A DNA stretch of 54,617 bases, filler included, from Sluysia triapertura (lineage: Eukaryota): the NCBI GenBank assembly GCA_046118255.1. It is 4 parts of 4 records of this genome, joined end to end, with 100 filler letters (N's around TTAATTAATTAA, not from the genome) between each part and the next. Parts side by side here need not be neighbours in the genome. Positions count along the whole stretch, not along the records: positions 27,285 to 41,978 come from JBJNIA010251862.1; positions 42,079 to 54,617 come from JBJNIA010100435.1; 2 more parts are not named here. One strand, written 5' to 3'. Position numbers and translations under genes: made by a program. Of this stretch, positions 38,460-52,040 are shown one piece after another; positions within the stretch are counted from its first letter, which is position 1; every line of letters starts with the position of its first letter. Under the pieces are notes generated by a model. It was not told where the DNA came from, searched no databases, and saw only the letters and a program-made list of their open reading frames with translations.

Positions 38460-39300
38460 GATATAATACTATAATAAAAATATATTAATTTATATTGCGC
38501 TCAAATATACTGCAAAATAAGTACTCAAAATAAGTACTATAATGTTTCTAAAATAGAAAAAACTTTGCCTGTTTCTTAAATACTTCATAATTTTCCAGCA
38601 ATTTGACATTCTCTGGTAGCTGGTTGTATATGTTTGAACCATAAACGGCATATAACCCATCATGTAGCATATTATCACAGTCGATTCTGTATAGATTATT
38701 ATGTCTCAATTAAATATTTGTCTTGGTTTCTAAATCTTTTATTACTTCTAAGAGATTCAGGACTTCCGTAATGCAAGTATTTGTAAATTATTGTCATGAT
38801 TTTGAATTTTACTCTTGCTTTTATTAGAAACCAATGTAATTCCTTAAGGTAAGAAGATAAGGAGATCTTCTTCATACTTCGAAAATTAGTCTTGCTGCTT
38901 GATTAATTATTAATTGTAATTTTTTCACTTTTATACATGAAATTTAGTGCAATATACCATTGTTAAAATCTGTGTTATTAGTTATCAATGAATGAACAAT
39001 TAGTTTATCTGTACTTTATTAATAAATTTTCCAACATTTGATATTTTCTTTAATTAATATTTACACCTTTTAACAAAAGAATAAATATTTTCTTCCATGT
39101 TCAATTTTGAATATATATAACAGCCTACATTTCGCACTTTTAGTTTCGCATATAGCGTCTAACCACTTACAATTAACTTTGTTTCGTTTATTTTGGTATT
39201 GTGGCCATTTTTATAACTAAAGATTATAAATTCTGACTTTTCTTCACTGATTTTCAAGTATATATTACCAAACCATTTTATCAATTCAAATCAAACGGAA
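38460..39300 (-). mobile_element. 5'-truncated L2/CR1-group LINE, ORF2 C-terminus and 3' end
   Basis: Broken translation WF..YLKISEEKSEFIIF..VRNVG..LIVHSLI..NQAARLIF..LKELHWFLIKARVKFKI..IYNQLPENVK..FKK, followed by a GAGCGCAATATAAAT tail. Confidence 0.85.
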
Positions 39301-40630
39301 TAATAGTATCAAAAAATATTTTCAGTTTAGCTGAATCAATAGAATACTATTACCGATAATAAACAACATAATATTTAAAATTACACAATACTTATTTTGT
39401 CTCGTTTATAGTCTACATCGGAAGATTTAAAAGAAGAGAAACAAAAGCTTCAATAGCAACTTGTTTTTGTTATGCTGATTCATTCTTTTCGTTATGTAAC
39501 ATACTTGTACATAAAATATTGTTCCAGAATCATCAACACTATATTTATATTTATTACAATAGTCAGTACATTAACTTTTGTCCAACGTGAATTTCTAATT
39601 CAATTCAAGTCATCATCGGCTTGTGTTTTTTTCGAGATTCTCTTTTACATAACTCATACTCTTCCAAATTAATAGTTACACCATTTCCTTCACATGTCAA
39701 CAGAGAATGTCACAGCTTGCAGTTTTACAAAAAATGTATAAGTACATAATTTAATTAATTAATTTGATTTAAATTGTTTGATAATCATTTTAATCAATAG
39801 CGCATGAGAAGGCATCACATGTAATAAAATGCAATTGTGAAATTTATTAGTGTTATGAACACCGAGATAGTACGAACCACATCAGCGTAGATAACGTAAA
39901 ATCATCAGTTTTAATTAATTTTCTTTATTATAAAGTTAAATTTCTGTATTTTTATAATGGGCATACACAGTAAAAGTATATATCAAATTAATGCTCATTA
40001 AGAGATCATTCTATACCTTACTGAAATTGATGTGCTATCGTTAAAATGTTGCACATTGTATTACAAGTTATTATTGAAAATAAGTATTATATTTGATTAG
40101 AAATATATTTAAGTTAATGCATTGTATCAATAATATTGATATAACTATGATGTTAAATTTTAATTTTATTATTTTGAAAAGATAAGATAAAAAACTCTTT
40201 ATCTTTAATAATATTAAAAGGGAAATTCGACGGAAATTTATGTTCAAATTTATAAATAAAAATGATCGGCATAAAACCGACTTCATGAAATAAGTTGTAA
40301 GATTTCATTAAGAAAAGGCAAAGAACTTAACCAAGCTTTAAAAGCATATCAAAAAAGTTTTTACAAAACTCAAGAATGGCAAAAAGATTTCGATAAACAT
40401 AATTGATTTATATTTTATTGAATTATTTTGAGATTGATTTATAGTGAATTATGATTAATTGTCATAAAGAGCCTAATTTATTTTGAGTTAACTGTTACTT
40501 GATATATTTTGTGATACAGTTATAATATATTGATATTCAAACTCATTTAATTGTGTTTTTATGTTGTTAATTTACAAACATAAAAACACAGCAGAATTAA
40601 AAATTGTTTTTGTTTATAGTTTAAATTCAT

Positions 40631-41047
40631 TTATTTATCCAAACAAAATATTAAACACGTCTTGTATTTTTTGATTTCGATGAATAATGAAAGTGACAAT
40701 CGTCGAATCACTATGATAGCCTGGTAATATTGCTGAGTAGATGGTGGAACTCTTCCATACCGGATCGTATTTTTAAATACAAACAGTTGTACCCTCATTC
40801 TCATCTTCATCACTGCATTGTTAGACTTCGTAAAATGGACTGAGCGGGGATCGAACCCGGGACCTCTTGCTGCGCCGGCTAACAATTTTAGATTAGAATA
40901 TGGCACTTTAGGCCTTTTTACCTCAACAGCATCAGCATCGGAATTGTTTACTGCTGCACTTACTTCGCTTTGTGAACAATTACTTTCATTGTTTTCAATG
41001 TCAGCCTCATTATTATCCATAGCAGGACGATTTTCTTCCTCGGTCAA
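40631..41047 (-). pseudogene. Coding-like acidic sequence interrupted by a repeat/tRNA fragment
   Basis: Acidic N-terminal exon, an inserted tRNA half, then a coding-like frame with an internal TAA. Confidence 0.3.
40835..40875 (-). pseudogene. tRNA-derived fragment (3' half, B-box; Ala-like)
   Basis: GAGGTCCCGGGTTCGATCCCCGCTCAGTCCA gives a variable loop, T-arm and acceptor 3' strand. The 5' half is absent. Confidence 0.75.
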
Positions 41048-41843
41048 AAAATATTCTTTTAACTATTTTTATAATGCAACTTAATTTTTAAAGGAAAATA
41101 AACGATAAAGATGCAATTTATTTGCACGAATATCATACTCTAATGATTTTCACATGATTGGATACAGATTCCACATAATAATATGTGTGACTGTGATCAC
41201 ATTGTGGTATAATAATACGCATTTAGTGTAAAAAGCTAATTTAACTCCAAATTTAAATACTTACTTTTTAGTGTTAATGGTTAATTTAAAGTAAAAAAAA
41301 CTACATGCAATAACCAAAAAACTTAAGTTCAAAGTTTAAATGTGACACTGAGTGACATCGTGATGCGATTAGAATTAATAAAATTAGTTGTTTAAATGAA
41401 TTACAATTAAATAAGTTTAAATAAAAATATTTTCATGTTATAAACGTATATGGTTTAAAAATTAAATCAGTCTTGAAGAAATTGACAGTGATAATATTAA
41501 TTATTTTTTTATTTTAAATAATTTGACGTATTTTTAAGTAAAAAATATGAAAAACGAAAAGAAATTTCTTTTAAATCTTTAAATACCAGTAAGATTTTAC
41601 GAGATTAAATCTGAACTTAACTTTGCAAGAGAACTTTGTTGAACTTATTTACTGAAGAAATCAAATGCTTCAAAGAAAACAGAATTATTCAAGTGCTTTA
41701 ATAGTTTCAACAAAAATTTGGCATCATACATGCAATTAATAGAAGTTTATAAAAATATGATATGCCGCTTCCAATTTATTAATTACTTATTTGTTTTTTC
41801 AAAACTTTAAGATCTTTTGATTATTGATCAAAAAGTATTTTAA

Positions 41844-41978
41844 CCCTTTCAGCCCCGGGACCGCCATATGGCGTCAATGGCGATATTTTCTCTTACACAA
41901 CTGCTATGCAAGATCCTACTAAAGTAATATGAAGAGCATAATCTTTATATCTGGAGGAAGCTAAAATTATGCTCTTCG
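41844..41978. mobile_element. Possible piggyBac-type left end, cut by the contig end
   Basis: TTAA|CCCTTTCAGCCCCGGGACCGCCATATGGCG: typical CCCTT terminus with a palindromic subterminal GCCATATGGC. Confidence 0.55.
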
Positions 41979-42078
41979 NNNNNNNNNNNNNNNNNNNNNN
42001 NNNNNNNNNNNNNNNNNNNNNNTTAATTAATTAANNNNNNNNNNNNNNNNNNNNNNNNNNNNNNNNNNNNNNNNNNNN
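41979..42078. other. Artificial contig spacer
   Basis: 44 N + TTAATTAATTAA + 44 N. Confidence 0.97.
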
Positions 42079-44799
42079 AACCATTTGAATTCAGTAATTG
42101 TTAAAGTATAACATTTTTGATCCAACTTAACGTTATAGATTTTTGATTCGAGATCACACAGAGCATTAAAGTAACTAGGAAGAATCTTTCTGACCTCCAT
42201 TTCATTTTTAAGACAAAGAATCCAACGGTTGGCCATTAAGTTGGTAAGCCCAATACGTTGGTGAACTCACTACTTAAGTTTTATTCTCCATATATACATA
42301 CTTTTCTTACAGTTTCATGTCTGATCAATTTAGAATACTTAGATGATAACATCTAAATTCGAATGTAAGTAGCGTGATGATCAGCAAAATAACTTTTGAA
42401 ATCTCCTTGGATATCGATATCCACGCTGAACTGTGCCAACTGAAAATCTAAGACGTACAACCATTTTACCAAATAATTCCACTATACGAGTACTTGGAGG
42501 CAACGGTTGCTTCGGTTCATCTTCTTTATTGCATCGTAACAGCAGAAGTTCACACCAATTTTATTAATCTTAATTTTTACAGCCTTTGTATACGATCTCA
42601 AAAGAAGTTAAAAGAATTTCTATTCTATTTTTAACTTTTTTCAATATTCAAAGTTTTTCAGATTTTATTTTTAATTTTTTAGCATTTAAAAATCAAAATA
42701 TAAAACCATAAAATCTAACATAAACAATAAAGACAATAATAATAACAATAATAAAATATGACCGTTATTAAATTATTATAAAATATTACAATCAATATTT
42801 GAGCTCAATGTTATGAAATTTGGACTTTCACAAACACACAAAGAGGCATTAATGATTATTCAATGGCTCAAATTTGATTTAAATATTTCACTCTCTGACA
42901 CGATAAAAAAAGGTAAGAACATCTCCTATATTTTCATGAAAGTGAAAAAAATCCTAGAGACTTATCTTAGCAGTAATGTTGCGTCTTTAGTATTATCAAG
43001 TAGACTTTCAATAAATGCTGTTATCACAAAATTGACTATATATATATCTTAAATCTTATAATTTTTACTCTAATATCTATTCATTCAAAATATTATATTT
43101 CGCATTCAGATTAATAGTAATTTAATAATCAAAAAAAACAAAAATTTTATTAATTTAGACTTTAAAAATAAGATCATTAAGTTAAATACAAATAAATAAA
43201 TAAAGAAAAATCATAGTAATCTTATAACAATATAAATACAATTATCCGATAAATAGAAAAGGGATGACGCACCTAATAAAGGAGAATCCCTAAAACACAA
43301 TATATTAGTGTCAAAATATGAAATAATAATGCGAATTCCCAAAAAATTAAATTAATATTTATTTAAAATTCAAAATATGGATATCCTTAAAAATTTTGTC
43401 TTCCCTTTTTTCTTTTTTCGTTGTATTTAACAGAATTTTAATTATTCCATTTTATAATTTTGTGTCGTCCAATCATTCCTAAATTCACAATCAGGAATTA
43501 CTCTTACACAAATCGTCAAAGATTAAACCGACCATAATACCCTTGACACTTGCATGGTATAACCTCTCAAGCAGAACATAAGAATTCGATTAAAAATCAA
43601 CTTGTATTTTTACTTCTATTCTATTCGATTTATCTTTCATGAATAACTTCTTATTTTAAAATAACAATTATTATTATTTTCATAGTTAAAAATGATGAAT
43701 TTAATTTTAGTTTTTGCAATTTAATTAATTTTCAATTCCTCACTCTCAATTTCCTAATGGAAAATGTTTATAGTTCTCATTCCAAAACAAACAATTTCAC
43801 AAACATTTCAATCTCATATTGGATTCTCCTTTTTCATATTCAACTCATTATCTTTTTATCATTCTAAATATGAAAAATTCGGCATTTATAATTAAAAATT
43901 AATTAAAATTCTATTTTGCACAGTATGAAGGCTTTGCTCGCTTGAACTCGGTCAAACATTAACTTCATCGGAAGATCTCTTTAAAACACTTATATGCACA
44001 GTTACAATTTTTACGTATCATTCCTCATTCAAGCGTCATTTTTCTTAATGTTTCTTAAGATTGTTGTAAATTAATTAATTAATTAATTTAACTTATTTTA
44101 TTATGGTTATAAAGTTGTTACACACTTTATAAGGTGGCTCCAGATATTTTCACCTTCACCACTCTATTCCTTTTTCTACTATTTTATGTTATTTTCTACT
44201 ATTTATGTATCATTAACCGTGATTTTAATTCTTGAACGTTTTAAAGGTTCCAAAAATTTAACAAAGTAACTCGAAGATCTTAAATGTTTGTTAAGGTCTC
44301 AAAGGTTTTCAAAAGTTCCAGAAGATCAACATAGTCTTAACAAATCCCCAGATTCAAAGGTATCTTCCTACTTCAAGACATCTTTCCAAACCTTACTTAA
44401 GCCTTCTTAAGGGTCTTAATATCTTACAAATGTATTTGAAACTCAATGATTTCAAAATGATTATAAACATTTTATCGTTCATTATTTAATTATACTTATT
44501 TAAGTATACTTAGCTATATTTAATTGTACTTATTTTATATCACTTTTTCTTATATATATTTTAAATTCTCCAGCCTTTTAACCTATTTTCTATACACTAA
44601 CTGGGTAATCCCAACATTAACACAAGAAATTTAAATATTCATTTCCTTGGAAATTTCTATAAAATTATGAGATTTCTACAGAACATTTATGATTTCGAGG
44701 CAGTTCAGAGGAAATGACAGATTGATCATATATTAAAGTGTTATTATCATTTTTGTTATCTCTTATCATCGATCTTCCAGATTTGGTTCTTACTGTATC

Positions 44800-45571
44800 T
44801 GAGTTCAAGTACTGGAAAATTTCTTTTAGAAAAATATTAATTTAATATTTTACTATTAATTTAAGCCTATTTTTTAAAAAAGAAATCTTGTTTTCTAAAA
44901 AAGAAAATTCCTTAATATAAATAGAAAAAGAAATTTATAGAATGTTCTAGAACATTCCAGAATTCTGTTCACTAGTTATTGGATGTTGGCTTGTGTAAAT
45001 AGCTGCAGTTAGTTATAAAGAATCACAATATTATAATTCAAGGATTCCATTTAAAAGTTTATTTAGATTTTTGGACTTCAATTATCAAATTTTGTGTCAC
45101 TACTTCTATTCAGGCTAATTTATAGTTTTCTGCAGATTATCAATATCTTCTACAAATTCCATGATATTAGTAAGCTGTTTTTGTTAAGGCGTTTTTATTT
45201 TCGTAAAATTCAACTAAATTAATTTTTATAATTATACTTTATTTGCCCCGATAAAATGAGGGGAATTTTTTTAAATAAAATTTTTAATTATCAAAATTAA
45301 AGATTCGTCAGGATTTTATTTTTAAAATATAATAGTCGAATTTTTACTGCTTTCTTTTTACTGCTTTAATTTAATAAATGTTAATAAATCTTTGTTTTTT
45401 AATTATTATTTGTAATCGGATTGATAAAACCCTCGTGAGCAAGATTCTTTTTAAGATTTACTCAGATATAGTTTTAGGAACGCCTTATATACGATCTAGG
45501 TTGTTATATATTACCGGTCCCTGCCCAAAATTTTATTTTAGCGTAGGATTAAATTTAAAAAAACCGCAGCA
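44800..45571 (-). repeat. ~0.8-kb LTR-like repeat family, copy 1
   Basis: The reverse complement shares TGCGGTTTTT..AAAATAAAATT..GCAGGG.CCG, TTCCyCTCATT.TATCG and GAACATTCTAGAA blocks with the other copies. Confidence 0.75.
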
Positions 45572-45855
45572 TGTTTAAAACTTCAAATAATGTAATAAGA
45601 AATCCTAAACTCACAATTTTTTCAATTTTATTATGATTTATAACATATTAAACAATTATATTATTGAAACTACATAAATTTTATATTCATTTAAAACGCA
45701 ATCTACATTTTTCTTAATATTTATAGAGCTTAGGAAATTAACTGCACGAAAATGAAATTCAAAATTTAAATAAAATATATAAATAAAATATATAAATAAA
45801 ATATATAAATATTGACTGTCACAGAATTTAAACAAAATCCTTATAGTCTTTATTT

Positions 45856-46644
45856 TCTGTGGTTTTCTTAATGCTAAACCTACGGCAAAATAAAATTGAG
45901 CATGGTCCACTTACAGTAAGCGTCTTACAACTAGTACTTTGCACCTCTGTAGCTAATCTTACTTAAAAATCTTACTTAAATCACTTGAAAATATCACGTT
46001 TAACACCTTCCTCTAATTAGGGTCTCATTTAATTATGACAATTATACCAATTTAACAAGAACGAAAAGTAACACTTAATTTTTATTGTTAAAATACTTAC
46101 AAATTTAATAATATAATATGAAATAGCGCTCTTTGTAATTAAATTTATTTAAGAATCTTTATTTTGAATTGAAATTTTAATAATATAATATTCCTCTCGT
46201 TATATCGAGGAAAAACAATAATTAATAAAAGATTTTAAGATATTATTTAATATTTTATCTTCTCCAGGAAACACAAATTACCGTAAGCATGAAAAGTATC
46301 CAATAATCCAATAAGTATCCAATTATACAATTAAATTCGTAGACCAACTATTAATGTTGAAAAAACCAAAATTGAATTTGTGTAACTGATAAAATAACTA
46401 AAAAATTGATGACAACTGTAAAATGGCGATTTTCATTAAACATTCTAGAAGCTTCTATTCTATTTATAGAAGCAAATTATCTTTTTAGAATTTCTATTTT
46501 CTTTTTTGAAAAAAAATTTTTTTCTTTTTTAGAAAATAAAAATGTTTTTGGATATTTGGAAACTTTAAAATATTTTTTAAATGATTTAAAAATTTTTTAA
46601 TAATATTTTATGTAATTTTTGAGGATCGTGATGGCAATCTAACA
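45856..46644 (+). repeat. ~0.8-kb LTR-like repeat family, copy 2
   Basis: Shares TTACAGTAAGCGTCTTACAAC with copy 4 and TTTTGGATATTTGGAAA..GATGGCAA..TAACA with copy 3. Confidence 0.85.
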
Positions 46645-47679
46645 ATTTACTTTAATTGAGTAGAATACATGAAGAAATAATACATAGTCCTGGTTTTCGT
46701 TATCGAGCAAATATTGTGAATGGTATGCAGAATGATAAATTATGGTAGGAATAATTGCATCTAATATAATTATATCAATTTTTCTATGTATGAATTTCCA
46801 TGAATTTAATTTCTGTCAATTAAATATATCCCTTCACATGCATTTTGACCCGAATTTTATTAATGACGAATAATTTTTAAGCTGAGCAAAATCTCATTTC
46901 ATGTACAATTTGTATTGCAAAATAAATGATGCCAAACAAAAATCATTTATTGCATAATTAATACAGCTATCAAGAAAAATATATAATGAGCAAAACCTTT
47001 TAAACTGTACAATCACATTACTTTTGAAAATTTTTACATCATCTTATACTTCAAAGTACTTCGAAATATGAAATTAAATATTTAAATATAACTGTAATTG
47101 GAGAGACTGTATTTTAAATATTAATTATTTCAGTTATTTTACTAACGAATGAATGGTTAATTACGAATTGCATGATTCTTCAACCTTTAGTACTTCAGTG
47201 CAATTCAGTTTTGTATTTTCACATCAAACCGTAATCAAAATTAAGTATCTTTAAATATATTTCGCAACGAATTTCCAATGAAATCGCGGTAGATCAAAAT
47301 AGTAAATTTCCAACAATATCGTAATTAATACCACATGAATAATTTATGTTTTATTACTTTTAAGTTTAAGTGAAATTGATTTTATATCATTAAAAATCTT
47401 AACTAATTTAGTAAATTTTATTTTTGTAATCAATTCTATATTTCATTTTAATTCTGAACTTTTCCAGATTCTTTGAAAAATTCCAATTATCGTGAATAAT
47501 TGACTAATTAAATTATGATTCAATTTTAATTTCATCGTTTTACTTTAATTAATAACCCATTTCTAAATATTTTAGTAGTTAGTTATCTTAAATCGCTTTT
47601 TGTGGTAGAGATGGAACTGCAAAATTGTTGCACTTTTAAAGTCATTCTAAGATTAGATTGTATGATATAAAATAATCAT

Positions 47680-48390
47680 ACGGGCGCTTCTGTAACTAAT
47701 AAGTTGAGAATCTTACTTAAAAGTATTACGTTTAACACATTTAGAGGGTCTTAACGATTTATCAAAAACGATAAACAATACCTAATTTTTATTAATAACC
47801 CGTAAAAATTTTGATAATATAATAAAAAGAGTATAGTTTTTAATTAAAATTCTCCTGGAATTTTTAATTTAATTACTAAATTTAATAATATAAAATTCCT
47901 CTCATTATATCGAAGAAAAACAATATTTAATTAAGGATTTTAGAGTAATATTTTAAAATTTTTATCTACTCCAAGATGATAAAAATTCCCTGTAAACATG
48001 GGAATAAATGATCCCCAATAATCCAAGGAATATCCTAGTAAAGAATTCTGCAAATAGATTTGTTAAACGAAATATTCGTATCAAAAAACCAGATAAAGCA
48101 TGTGCCAAAATTTGAGTGACTGATAATTTAAAAATAACTGAAAAGTTAAAATAGCAATTTTCATTAAACTGATGCTAGTTTAAATACAAGTCATCAGCCA
48201 ATGAAAATCTATGGACTGTTATAGAACATTCTAGAACATTTTTGAAGCTAATTTTCCTTTTTCTATTTTCTTTTTTAGAAAATAAATGTTTTTTGGATAT
48301 TTGGAAATTTTAAAATATGTTTTTAATGATTTAACAGAATCTATAATAATATATTATGTAATTTTATAGGGTCATGATGGCAACTTAACA
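47680..48390 (+). repeat. ~0.8-kb LTR-like repeat family, copy 3 (5'-truncated)
   Basis: Shares GCTTCTGTAACTAATAAGTT with copy 4 and its 3' end with copy 2. Confidence 0.85.
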
Positions 48391-49831
48391 TCATCATTTA
48401 TTATTCAGTCATTCTTAATTTTTGTAACCTCATATTTCTTACGCAAATCATTTCTATATTTTTTGAAAATCTACCCACTATTGACAACTCTGACAATTAC
48501 GTAATTAAATATCATAAAAACGGATTAATGATCAACTGTTATTTCTATCTAGTTCATTCGGTACTTTTATTCTTATATTTTGTAATTATGCATTGATTTA
48601 TATTAGTTTGTGCCTGCTGGTCTCCTTTTTATTTCCATTTTAATAAAATAATAGCTATTTTTCGTTTTTCGGTGCTTTCGTTTGATCAGTAAACTTTTCG
48701 ACTTCGTAATCTAAAATCAAACAAATTTTATTAGAAAAATATTGATTGTTTCTATAGATATTAATTATAGATATTCTTATAGAAATAATTTTAAGATGCT
48801 TTTTTATAATTTTAAACTACTTTTATAAAATTACTTTTCACAGTAAATTTGAAATGATATTAATTAATTATAAAATTTAAAACATTATTATAAATGCGAT
48901 TTTATTTGTTTCAAATATAGAAAAAGAAAATCCATTATAGATGTAAATAATATCAATAACATTATAGTACATAAAGTTATAATCAAACATGAATAAATAA
49001 TTTTATTCTTCTAAAAATGTTGTTTTGCTACAATACTTTACCAAAATTTAAAAACAGTTTATAAATAGAGTAGGAAGGTTTTTTTATAATTATCTGGTAA
49101 CTGTAAAATTTAAAAAATATAAAACTTTGTTAAAAATATTTCATTATTTTATTCAGAAAATAACCAACAAGATATTGGCCCAGTCAACAATATATTTTTA
49201 TTATAAATAAAATTAATATTCATAACAAGGTTGACTGATTGTACAATTAATATGAGTACACTCAACTGGAAGTGCACTAATGCATGCATTAAATAATGAA
49301 GGGCTATCTAAATATGGACTAACTTCAAACTCTGGTAAAAGCATAATATAATGTGACGTAAAATATCCTTCGTTAATCAATACTACTCTACATACTTGTA
49401 TTGTTTTCATAAATATTGTATATACGCATACAATGAAAGTGAATTTTATATGTACATATATGCATATATTTCAAATTCAGATTCCCATATAACAAGTACA
49501 TACAAATATTATTGATATAATAATACACAGTTTGTGTGTTTGTTTGCTTATTAAAAGTTATCTTTTATTTCATGAGGACATTTTGAATATAGCTAGTGTT
49601 TTCGTGTTTATAATTTTATTTAATTTTACAATTAGCGCGCGCATTGTTTGAAATATTATTATTTTATCGTGATTTTGGTTAATCATTTTTATATTCCTTA
49701 TCATATTCATTATATTTTTCAGTTTGAGGATATACTAAACGCAATATTTTATTGATCTTTTATTTTTATTGAGTTCAACGTTATTTTGTGGATTTATCAA
49801 ATTAAAAATACAATATAGAAATTGATTAAAA

Positions 49832-49886
49832 ATGGCAAGTTTTATAGCTAAGCAATTGGTTGGTAAACAGTTAGAGTCAGTTAAAG
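49832..49886 (+). CDS. cpx: Complexin, coding exon 1
   Basis: Reads MASFIAKQLVGKQLESVK(G). Phase-1 GT donor at 49887. Confidence 0.93.
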
Positions 49887-49961
49887 GTATTAATTTATGT
49901 GCATTGATAAATTGTGTGAAATTATCAATATAATGATTTGATCAATTTGAATTGAATTAAG

Positions 49962-50125
49962 GAGCACTTGGTGATAAGAAAGAGGAAGGAAACGCTGAAA
50001 CAAAAAGTGGTGAAATTGATCCTGAAGTAGAAGCTGCTCTTAAGGAAGCAGAAGAGCGACGTCAAGAAAAACATAGAAAAATGGAAGAAGAGCGAGAAAC
50101 AATGAGACAAGGTATTCGTGATAAG
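49962..50125 (+). CDS. cpx: Complexin, coding exon 2 (accessory and central helix)
   Basis: After a 75-bp intron: GALGDKKEEG..EAEERRQEKHRKMEEERETMRQGIRDK, then a GTAATT donor. Downstream exons were not found in the window. Confidence 0.95.
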
Positions 50126-50136
50126 GTAATTGATTA

Positions 50137-50273
50137 AAATATATTTATTTAATATATAAAATATATTTATTTAAAATATATTTATTTAATATTTAATATT
50201 AAAATATATTTATTTAATATTTATTTAATATTTAAAATATATTTATTTAATATTAAAATATATTTATTTAATA
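50137..50273. repeat. AT-only minisatellite (AAAATATATTTATTTAATAT)
   Basis: About 6 imperfect copies in the complexin intron. Confidence 0.85.
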
Positions 50274-51429
50274 ATGTTAATATTACTTATAAATGTATTT
50301 ATTTATAACTGAATATAAATACATAAAAATGTTATTTTTTGTGATATATTTATTACATATAAAAATGCATCACGAAATTGTTTTTATTGTTGAATTATTT
50401 CAATGTAAATTTTACAACTTAACTATTTTAAATTTTTTGCAACACTTTAAATTTATATTTGCAATGGCTTTTATTTATTTATTACTAGTTGTTTTTGAGT
50501 AGACATTTCAGAATAGAGAAGATAGTTTTAGAAAGATATGAAATTATTAAAATATTATTGTTTCAATTTTATTTAAAAAGGTTTTCTTTTGGAAACTTAA
50601 ATTTATAAAAATACATAAAAATGCAGTATATTGTCTGGAAATTTTGTTTTTCTGACTTAAGACAGCAATAAATGAGAATTGTCTGTTATAAACATGTGCT
50701 TTCAACAAATGATTTCTAATAATATATAAAGTAAATACAACTGAAATTGGAAACCGTAAACAAAATAATTAAAATAAACAAAATTTAAAGTACTTATAAG
50801 TTGATGAATTTGCACCTATAAGTTTCTACTTTAGTATAATATCATATTCTATTACAAATTAACTCTCATTTAACAGATCCGAATGGAAAATTATGGAAAA
50901 CGCTGGCTATTATTTGAAAAATAATTAATTTACACGATTTAATTTAATTAATTAATATCAAATCGCACTAATCAAACATGAGAACTTGGAATATATGAAA
51001 ATTTAAATATTTTTCTTTAACCTAAAATATAACAATATTACATTTTATCATTGAATAACATAATAGAAGACGTCATTCTTTTTTCCATAACTTTTATATA
51101 ACTAGATGAACATTTGTGCTTTTCTTTGTATTTGTATCAAATTCTAAAGCTATTTATTTAGTCATTCAATTCTTCAAACATTGAGGATGAGTCACCAACA
51201 TCGTACGAAACAAATATGTACATTAAGGAATAGATTCGATAGGAAGAAAAATTAAGCATTGTTATTCTTTTTTATGTTTGTTTCTCTAGTACAACATTAT
51301 ATTACAACTTAGATTACCTGATTACTACTAGAAATTGACCATTAGGGCCAATTTATTTCGTAAGATTGAATCAAATTAATAATATTCTTGTCAAAAATCT
51401 TTAAAATTAAGTTTTTATTCTATTATTAA

Positions 51430-52040
51430 TGTTGATGCGGTTTTTCTTAAAGCTAAACCTAAAATAAAATAAAATTGAGCAGGGTCCGATTACAGTAAGC
51501 GTCTTACAACTTGGAGTTGGGGCTTCTGTAACTAATAAGTTAAGAATTTTGCTATATTTACTTAAAAACTCGTTACTATCTTAACTAATTTTATGAGGGT
51601 CTTAATTATCTTACGTTAAATGTGTCAATTTAACAAAATGAAAACAATAATAAATTTTTATTAATTACACTAGAAATCAGATAATAAAAAGAAAAAAGGT
51701 ATAACTTAAAAAATAGAATTCTAAAACAATATTTAATTTAATTAATAATTTTATTGATTTAAAATTCCTCTCAGTAGATCGAGATAAAAACAAAGTTTAA
51801 GCAAAGATTTTATCGTAATATTTTAAAATTTTTATCTGCTCCAGGAAATAAAAAACAAATTACCATATTCATGGAATAAAAATTGCTGCGAAATATCCAA
51901 AATCAGTGAATAAAATTCTTCAGAATATCCATTGAACCAAATATTCGTAGCTAACAAAACTAGATAAAACAGCTGGTTTAGAACAAAGATAAAAATAATA
52001 CGACTAACTATTGCACTGATGTCTGTTTATATACTAGTGT
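51430..52040 (+). repeat. ~0.8-kb LTR-like repeat family, copy 4 (3'-truncated)
   Basis: Colinear with copy 2 from TGCGGTTTTTCTTAA through CTCCAGGAAA and ATATTCGTA. Confidence 0.85.

Noticed and set aside
40835-40875. Functional tRNA gene or split tRNA
   Set aside because: Only half a cloverleaf is present. The other half is on a different contig, is degenerate, and lacks complementary leader sequences.
13747-42078. Recurring TTAATTAATTAA inside N runs as a biological motif, and synteny across them
   Set aside because: The identical 44+12+44 layout is a six-frame-stop linker. Neighbouring segments cannot be assumed adjacent.
44116-44616. Another solo LTR (TGTTA...CAACA) with HSE-like periodicity
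   Set aside because: No TSD and no second copy; support is too weak.
49925-50110. 61-aa minus-strand ORF and similar short F/I/L-rich ORFs (e.g. 2302, 3291, 22123, 23106, 35127, 40071, 46406, 50293)
   Set aside because: These are antisense shadows of real exons or chance ORFs in AT-rich or repeat DNA.
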